DNA from: Allobaculum fili
GTDB taxonomy: Bacteria; Bacillota_I; Bacilli_A; Erysipelotrichales; Erysipelotrichaceae
NCBI RefSeq assembly: GCF_020969955.1
Contig: NZ_JAHDSX010000001.1
Coordinates: 120,001-152,000 of the forward strand
Direction: 5' to 3'
Length of the DNA: 32,000 nucleotides
Shown: in pieces, positions 7,799-15,100 of the stretch
How the letters are laid out: each line of letters starts with the position of its first letter
How positions within the stretch are numbered: the stretch's first letter is position 1
Program-made: the position numbers and the translations under genes
The notes under the pieces: model-generated
The model's input: the letters and a program-made list of their open reading frames with translations, nothing else
Database searches by the model: none
Told to the model about the DNA's origin: nothing

Positions 7799-9478
7799 TT
7801 ATTCCGTTTTGGCAAGGTTCTTATAAATATAAGGAACGCCGAAGGAATGGGCTTCAATGCCGGTAACTTTCTGGTTTACAAGGCTTGCACCACCGACCTG
7901 GAAGATACCAACAACTGGGGAATCTTCCATCAGCAGTTCTTCTGCCTTGTGGAGAAGTTCCCAGCGTTCTTCAGGAGTTGCTGCGTTGGCTGCATCCTGA
8001 ATCATCGCATCGTATTCCGGGCTCGAGTAATCGCCGTAGTTGTAGGAATTGCCTGTAACCATCAGGTTAAGATACGTGGTCGGGTCGGCATAGTCCGGAC
8101 CCCAGCGAGTCAGAACGATGTCAAAGTCGCGGGCTTTCTGGAGTTCAATGCGGTTTTCTTTTTCCTGGCTGACCATTTCGATCGTCAGACCCGGGAGTTT
8201 CTGAATTTCGGACTGAATGAATTCAGCAGCCGGTTTGGCGGGATCGGATGGCTCGTAGAGCAGACGCAGGCTGATGGAATCAACGCCGAGTTCTTCCTTG
8301 GCTTTGTTCCAGTATTCTTCTGCGGCTTTCAGACCGTCATCGCCGACTTCTTCGTAGAACTTCTTGGCACCATCGGTGTAGTCCTTGCCGTCAGGTCCAG
8401 CGGCGAAGGCTTCCGGAACGAAGCCGCCGATCGCAATGGAACCGTCCTTGAGGACGTTGTCGCAAAGGTCGGTACGGTCGATGACGGTAGCGATGGCTTT
8501 GCGCAGGTTTTCGTTTTTCAGGTATTCATTGTTGAGGTTGTACTGGAGGTACCAGAGGTAGCCTTCGAGGTACGTGGTGTAGCTTGGGGAATCCTTGTAT
8601 TTGTCAACGAGCGTGGAGTTGAGCTTGGTGAAGTCGGTCTGTCCGTTTTCAAAGCTCAGTGCGGAAGTAGACGCTTCCGGAACGATGTTGACGTCGATTC
8701 CGGCAACTTTGACGTTTTCGGCATCCCAGTAGGATTCGTTCTTGTCAAAGGAGAGGGAAGAACCCTTGGTCCACTGCGTCAGCTTGTATGGACCGTTGGC
8801 CAGCAGGTTGTCCGCGGTCAGACCGTAATTGTCGCCCTGCGCTTCAAAGAATTCCTGGTTGATCGGGTAGAATACCGGGAATGTCATCAGCGAAAGGAAG
8901 TACGGGCACTTCGTGGAAAGCTTGACTTCAAAGGTCTTGTCGTCAACGGCCTTAATGCCGAGCTTCTTGTCGGTTTCGCCGTCATAGACAATGGCTTCTG
9001 CATTTTCTACGCAGGCACCGTCTGCAGTAAACAGGTAAGCGTATTCGGCTTTCGGGTTTGCTGCGGTGTAATTCCATGCAAATACAAAATCGTTGGCCGT
9101 AACCGGTGTTCCGTTATCCCAGTTTGCGTCGCGCAGATGGAACGTGTAGGTCAGACCGTCATCGGAAAGCTCATAAGATTCCGCAATGCCAGGAACGGCA
9201 TTTCCGTCTTTGTCCATCGTTTCGAGGCCTTCAACGGAAGCAGCGATCATCTCAAAAGACATGCCGTCTGTTGCGTAGCTGCTGTCCAGGGAGATCGCAT
9301 CATTTTCCTTGGCCAGAGTCACCCGCTCACCGGTAGCGGAAGTCTTTGTACCCGACGTCTCAGAAGCGGAAGTCTTTGTGCCCGACGTCTCAGAAGCGGA
9401 TGGCGCTGGCTGAGAGGAGCAGGCAGCAAGGGAAAGACCCATTGCACCGGCGGTAAGAACTGTGAGAAATTTTTTCAT
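7799..9478 (-). CDS. oppA: Peptide ABC transporter substrate-binding lipoprotein OppA (family 5 SBP, 559 aa)
   Basis: Signal peptide with lipobox LSLAAC|S and a Ser/Thr-rich linker, then an SBP_bac_5-like body. RBS GGAGGAGA. Confidence 0.9.
   Translation of the reverse strand: MKKFLTVLTAGAMGLSLAACSSQPAPSASETSGTKTSASETSGTKTSATGERVTLAKENDAISLDSSYATDGMSFEMIAASVEGLETMDKDGNAVPGIAESYELSDDGLTYTFHLRDANWDNGTPVTANDFVFAWNYTAANPKAEYAYLFTADGACVENAEAIVYDGETDKKLGIKAVDDKTFEVKLSTKCPYFLSLMTFPVFYPINQEFFEAQGDNYGLTADNLLANGPYKLTQWTKGSSLSFDKNESYWDAENVKVAGIDVNIVPEASTSALSFENGQTDFTKLNSTLVDKYKDSPSYTTYLEGYLWYLQYNLNNEYLKNENLRKAIATVIDRTDLCDNVLKDGSIAIGGFVPEAFAAGPDGKDYTDGAKKFYEEVGDDGLKAAEEYWNKAKEELGVDSISLRLLYEPSDPAKPAAEFIQSEIQKLPGLTIEMVSQEKENRIELQKARDFDIVLTRWGPDYADPTTYLNLMVTGNSYNYGDYSSPEYDAMIQDAANAATPEERWELLHKAEELLMEDSPVVGIFQVGGASLVNQKVTGIEAHSFGVPYIYKNLAKTE
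9338..9400. repeat. 30-bp tandem duplication (2 copies plus 3 nt, one mismatch) inside the oppA linker
   Basis: ggaagtctttgt[a/g]cccgacgtctcagaagc occurs twice (9338-9367 and 9368-9397). It encodes SASETSGTKT twice, directly after the lipobox. Confidence 0.9.
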
Positions 9479-9505
9479 TGTTCTCCTCCATAAAAATTTA
9501 TTTCA

Positions 9506-9533
9506 ATTATAGATAGATGAAAATAATTTCCAA
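9506..9533 (-). promoter_or_regulatory. Candidate sigma-A promoter of oppA
   Basis: Minus strand: TTGGAA (9528-9533), 16-nt spacer, TATAAT (9506-9511). It lies about 28 nt upstream of the oppA ATG. Confidence 0.5.
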
Positions 9534-10039
9534 TCTCACGGAAACAACTTTCACAAATTTCCGCAAAAAATAGGCTGAAACCGCTTGCATCTGCTGAACT
9601 TTTTCTTTGTTTATATAGTCGGTGCGGTGCTTACAGCCTGTGAACAGACCGCCTGTAAAAAAAGCAGACCCATTCGTAAGGCAAGCTGTCTGCGTGAAAA
9701 TAAAAGATCAGGACTTTAGAAAGTCCTATGCTGATCAAAGATGAAAAAACTATTCGGATCCGATACGCCTCCAAACGTGCCCGACAGGCGGATGGACGCA
9801 TCCGCCTGCTGCCCGCAAGCCAAAAGATATATCCGGCGCAGAGTGTGGTGAAATGCTATTCTGAAACCGGAACGTACAGAAGATTGCCGGTGATAAAAAT
9901 GCACCGCAGCTTGTGTACGAAAGGCAGATCGAAGCCGGAAAAGAGGCAAAGGCCCGGTTTCCCGCTTCGTTTCGCCGATCCGGATCAAAATCCGGATCGT
10001 AACTATACCGCCCATAATATATTGAAAGGAAAAACGTAT

Positions 10040-11065
10040 ATGTACATCGCGAATCCAGACCGTTATAAACAAATGGAATACCGCCGCTGCGGCAATTCCG
10101 GTCTTCTGCTTCCCACCCTCTCGCTGGGCCTATGGCAGAACTTTTCCGACCATTCTTCGTATGAAAACATGAAGAAGATGATCCTTACCGCCTTTGATCA
10201 CGGCATTACCCATTTCGATCTGGCCAACAACTACGGACCCGAACCTGGTGCCGCTGAAAAGTATTTTGGCCGCATTCTCAAGGAAGAACTCATGCCCTAT
10301 CGCGATGAGCTGATCATTTCGACAAAAGCCGGCTACGAAATGTGGGACGGCCCGTACGGAAACTGGGGTTCCCGCAAATACCTGCTGGCCAGTCTCGATC
10401 AGTCGCTGGCCCGCATGGGTCTCAACTACGTCGACATTTTCTACCATCACCGCATGGACCCGAATACCCCGCTTGAAGAAACGATGGGGGCCCTCGCCCA
10501 GGCTGTTCGCGCCGGCAAGGCGCTGTACGCTGGCTTGTCCAACTACGATGGCGAAACGCTCAAAAAGGCATGCGCCATTCTCGATGAGCTGAAAGTGCCC
10601 TACGTCATCAACCAGAACCGCTACTCGATTCTTGACCGCACCGTGGAAACCAACGGCGCGCTCGCAGCCAGCAACGAACTGAACAAAGGCATGATTACGT
10701 TCTCCCCGCTGGCGAAAGGTCAGCTGACCGACCGCTATCTCAACGGCATTCCCGCTGACAGCCGCATTCGTACCGACGGCCGCTTTCTGCATGAGTCCGA
10801 TCTGCCCGAAGCCAAAGTCGAAAAGCTTCGCGAGCTCAACGAACTGGCGAAGAAAAAAGGCTGTGAGCTTTCCGCGCTCGCGCTGCGCTGGCTGCTCGAC
10901 AAGGAAGGCGTTACGTCCGTTCTGATCGGCGCCAGCAAGCCCGAACAGATTCTCAAAAATCTCAAGGCGCTGGAAACGCCCTCGCTTACTCCAGAGGAAA
11001 TGGAGCAGGTCGACAAAATTGCCGCCGAAATCCACGCGATTGAAAAACAGAATCAATCCAAATAA
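10040..11065 (+). CDS. gpr: Aldo-keto reductase of the YghZ/Gpr (L-glyceraldehyde-3-phosphate reductase) type (341 aa)
   Basis: Near-colinear with my recollection of E. coli YghZ: ANP.RY.QM.YR.CG.SGL.LP.LSLGLW.NF...ITHFDLANNYGP.PG.AE..FGR......YRDELIISTKAGY.MW.GPYG..GSRKYLLASLDQSL.RMGL.YVDIFY.HR. The ATG at 10040 is preceded by AAAGGA. The track ORF start at 9728 adds a non-protein-like extension. Confidence 0.9.
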   Translation: MYIANPDRYKQMEYRRCGNSGLLLPTLSLGLWQNFSDHSSYENMKKMILTAFDHGITHFDLANNYGPEPGAAEKYFGRILKEELMPYRDELIISTKAGYEMWDGPYGNWGSRKYLLASLDQSLARMGLNYVDIFYHHRMDPNTPLEETMGALAQAVRAGKALYAGLSNYDGETLKKACAILDELKVPYVINQNRYSILDRTVETNGALAASNELNKGMITFSPLAKGQLTDRYLNGIPADSRIRTDGRFLHESDLPEAKVEKLRELNELAKKKGCELSALALRWLLDKEGVTSVLIGASKPEQILKNLKALETPSLTPEEMEQVDKIAAEIHAIEKQNQSK

Positions 11066-11114
11066 AGCCAGTTCCAGAGGATATCGCTCAGAATCCGAAA
11101 AAAAGTCAAAGTCT

Positions 11115-11172
11115 AAAAGCCGCCTGTATTTAGCAAGTTCCCAGAGAATTTCGAAAGCCCAGGCGGCTTTTG
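11115..11172 (+). terminator. Possible terminator after the aldo-keto reductase gene (long-loop hairpin)
   Basis: aaaagccgcctg (11115-11126) pairs with caggcggctttt (11060s-style numbering: 11160-11171), then TTTTG follows. The 33-nt loop is unusually large. Confidence 0.4.
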
Positions 11173-11921
11173 CGGGATGAGAAAACTTCGACTGGAGCGG
11201 AACGAATGCGTGCTTCATTCTTTTTAAAGCAGCTGTTTTTTACGCGGGTATACTTGCGAAATGAAAGGGGTCGAAGGAAAAAGAAATCGAGGCAGATGGA
11301 CTGGATCCAGACGGTGAACAAAGTGGTAATTCCCGCTTCAAAACGTGGAGAAAGGAGCAGAAATTCCGTCCGTTTCTGCTGCGGATCCGCGGCGATCTTA
11401 TGGATGCCCTTGAAATGCGAACTATCATGAGCGAGTTTTCGTCTGTTTTTTTTAAGAGGACTAAGGCGGATGCCGCCGGTGGGGTGTCTGGCCTTCTCCC
11501 GCCGCTTACCCCCTGCCAGGTTAAGGAGCAGAATGCGTTCGCCAGAAGTGCCGTCAGCGGGTTTAGAAAATCGGTAATTTTTGCCAAATCGCTAAGACGG
11601 CCGATGACGCAGACGTGAAGAACGGAAAAGTGCGAACAAACGATCGCTGCCTGACGTATTCGAAAATCGAGAATCGAGAATTGAAACGAAATTGTGCAGC
11701 AGATTAAGAACAGCGCGAAGGAATACCCGATCCGGCGGCGACTTTGAAATCGCACCGTGCCCGCATGAAACCGGCTCGCGTTGAGACAGGATCCCTTTGA
11801 GAAAGGATACAAAGGAGCGAAAGGACAGTCCAGGTTGCCTTGAAACGAAAATGAGGGTTTAATCCCTGCAAGCTTTTTGGAAAACTCGCCGAGATTAAAC
11901 CCTTAAAAAATTTAGAACGTC

Positions 11922-11968
11922 TGAAAAAGAGCGGATCTGCTGGATTTTTCCAGTACAGATCCGCTCTT
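11922..11968 (-). terminator. Strong rho-independent terminator downstream of the giant gene
   Basis: 12-bp stem agagcggatctg (11928-11939) pairs with cagatccgctct (11956-11967), plus an inner 5-bp stem ctgga/tccag. TTTTT follows on the minus strand (complement of 11924-11928). Confidence 0.7.
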
Positions 11969-12102
11969 TGCACAGCTTCAGTTCAGCTGAAGGGTGCTGT
12001 ATCCTCTGTCTGTTTCCTGAAGCTTTTACCTGGACTTATCCCTGCATTTTTTACGGGAATCTGCCATTTTCAGATTTGAAACGGAACAGAACATACGCAT
12101 TT

Positions 12103-15100
12103 TCAGATGGAAGACGATTTCAGTTTTTCAGCTTCAGGGTTCAGACGCATTTCAAGCCAGAGCGTGTGGAGGTTTTTCACCGCATTATCAATGACGGTCT
12201 GCGAGTTCGAGGTGAGCGCATTTTTTGCGGTTTGCAGGGCCGTATTAAAGCGGGTGTGGATCTCGTTCGGATTGCGGTACTCGCTCAGATCAATCTCTCC
12301 AATATCCGAAAGCAGCATACGCAAAGCGGTTGTATCCACTGTCGGTTGAGCCGGTTTTTCTTCAAGAGCTGCTTTTGCTTCGGTATAGCTCGTGAGCAGG
12401 CTGTCGATCTGCGCCTTTGAGGCATAGTCCGGTCCCTGACCAGTAATGGAGGCAGCCATGCAGTCTTCCAGAGCTTTTCTGGCGGCCGTATAGGCGGAAG
12501 CTGTTTCATCGGTATAGCCGGAGAGGTCAAGAGCTTTGTTCGCATCCAGTGTTTTATAGGCATTCGATGCGCTTGTCGCCAAGGATACCGCATACGCAAG
12601 ACGCTCGGCAGAATCATCTACTTCCGCCTGCGAACTGAAGGTATCTGCGGGATTGTCGAGTGCTGCTTTGCCTGCACTGGCTTTCTGCGTGAGATACGTC
12701 TTCCACTGCTGCGGCAGGAGGGTATCCTGTTTGGCAGCCAGTGCGAGTGCATCATCGTAAGCTTTTTGGAGGGCTTTCAGATCGAACGTTACGACAGGTT
12801 CTTCACTCAGAGTCAGCGTTTGTTTTGCGACAGTCTGGTCGGTATAGGTGCTTCCGTTCCAGGAATCCGTGGTCCGAATCGTAACAGAAGCCTGTACATT
12901 TCCGGAAAGATCCTGCAGATCAACAGAAATCGTGCCTAAAGACGATGCGTCTTTGCGGATCAGCTTCTTCGAGATTGTTGTTGAGCCTTTTGTAATGGTC
13001 AGTTCCGCTTCACCTACAGTCTTGCCAAGTTCTGTTTCGAGTGCGCTGAGGTTATAGCTGACGGTCTTGTGTTCGGTATCCAGAACCAGTTTCGTGTTCT
13101 TGATCGATTCAGAGGATGTAATAGGTTCGACCATATCCTGACGGGCAATCCGGGAATTGCTGTCGAAGATACCCATTTCCTGAATCACCTGTTTAGCCAT
13201 GGCAATCTGACCAGGACCTACGGGGTGAATGCCGTCTTTTCCGCCGGAATGGTTGAACCAGAAGCCGGTGGAGGTAATCGATTTTTCATCGGATTTCTGT
13301 TTTTCATCAAACAGATCGAAGTGGTCGACCAGAATGCATCCCTGTTCTTCGGCAACTTCTTTTACCCACCTGTGGATATCGTCATTGCGTCCGATATGTC
13401 CGGCATGCGCCTGGTTGACAATTTTCGGCGGAACGCGCAGAACGACAACTTTACCGTCTGCTTTCCACTCTTTTACGGCATCCGAGAGATGTTGTTTGTA
13501 GTCCGTGTAGAGCCAGTGGTTTCCTTCTGATGGACCATAGGCTCCATCGTTGGTACCGAGCATGCAGATGACAACGTCCGCTTCCTCTTTCCAGCGATCG
13601 TAGCGCTCATCTTTGTGCGTAAAGTAAGAACCAAAATCAGCATTCGAAATAGCTCCGTTGATGACAACGTCATTTGGACGATTCAGATCGTCATGGACGT
13701 AGCGTTCGAAGACATCCGGAACGCCGGTAAAGCCGTCTGTATAAACACCATGAGTGATCGAGTCGCCAACAAACAGCCAGGTCGTCTGCTGCTCCCGGGT
13801 CGTATACTGCTTGACCAGTTTCTGCAGGTCGGTCAGCTGATCGTAATCTTTTGCATCCGTAACTGCAGATGTTCCGGTCGTACCGGTTTTCTTCTTGTAA
13901 ACAACAGCGCCATCCGCATTGACGATCGTGAAATCAAATGCGGTCTCTGGGTTCAGACCATTGAAGACAACTGCCTTATTCGCAAACGCCTTTTTCGTTT
14001 TCTGACCATTCACTTCCAGAACGCCATAGTAGGTTCCGTCTGCCTGAATGGAAGCCTGCACGGAATTGGAAGTGACGGTGAAGACCGGCGTTTCTTCTTT
14101 AAGCGGAGCCAGCGGTGTGAAGGAATACTTGCTGAGCGTATTCAGATTGGCTGTTCCCATATCGCCGACACCGACAGCTGCACCAAGCTGGTTGCAGATC
14201 AGCAGATGACCTCTGGCGTTCAGGTTACCGTTTGCATCGAAGGATTTTTCATCCTCGCCGGCAGCCTTGAACAGGGCTTCGTGATCCACTACGACGATGG
14301 AATCGCCGTATGTTGAGAAGTCTGCTGCAATCACTGCATCGACAAGAGCTTTCAGATCTCTGGAAGCGTCCCCTTTTACAGGCGGAATCTGAAGCAGGGT
14401 GAAGCGTTTGGCTTCAATATTCTTTGTCAGGATCGATTTCAGACTGTCTTTGATCTGCTGGTCGCTCAGAGATTCGTTGCCATCGAGCATGAGCAGGACA
14501 GAACGCGGGCCATATTTATTGATCAGAGAATCGTACTGTTCATCGATAGTTTTGATCGTGTTGCCTGGAATGGAACGGTTGATGACATAGCGCTGGCGGT
14601 TGAAGTTGGCCAGGTCGTATCCGCCGTTGGCATTGTGGTCGAGACTGATGTTCAGATGGAACAGTTTGTAGTAGGTTTCGTTGTAGCCAAGGATATCGTT
14701 TCCAGCGGACGCCAGGCCGCCGCCGACAGCTACCCAGTGCTTATTTCCGGAGGTATCAAACAGCTGATTTTTCGTTAAAGGGGCTTCATCCGCTTTTGTC
14801 AGTTCGATGAGCTCTTCATTGGAGAGCGGTTCGTCCACAACGGCTGCATAGTCGATTTCACCATTGAAAAGTCCCGCAAAAGACGATGTGTCTGTGCCTG
14901 CTGCTTTGCGAACACCGCCGATCAGAACTTCATCTGCAGCGCCGCCAAGCCGGGTAAACAGACCTGCAAAAGACGAGTTATTTGGATAGCTGAAGACTTT
15001 TGATCCATCGAGTGTCACGCAGAAGGTATCGGCTTCGCCCAGGTGATCGGCATCTGCACTGGAGAAGGCGATCGTATGCCACTGTCCATCAGCAACCGAT

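Noticed and set aside
7778-9493. 571-aa plus-strand ORF antisense to oppA
   Set aside because: This is a shadow ORF of a clearly real lipoprotein SBP gene. The sequence is low-complexity and Val/Phe/Gly-rich, and there is no start context.
10130-11218. 362-aa minus-strand ORF antisense to the aldo-keto reductase
   Set aside because: This is a shadow ORF. The sense strand matches YghZ-type reductases almost residue for residue.
11170-11973. ORFs of 72-190 aa in the 11.1-12.0 kb gap (11170-11430 +, 11240-11812 -, 11400-11618 +, 11704-11973 -)
   Set aside because: They overlap one another in several frames, are Arg/Ser/Cys/Phe-rich, and have no RBS and no motifs. I treated the region as non-coding; see the finding on this region.
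12041-12050. CCTGCATTT just past the 3' end of the giant gene, resembling the core of the 13-bp upstream repeat; possible flanking repeats of a mobile cassette
   Set aside because: The shared stretch is only 9 nt. A match of that length is expected by chance at appreciable frequency in 64 kb of two-strand sequence, and there is no further flanking similarity.
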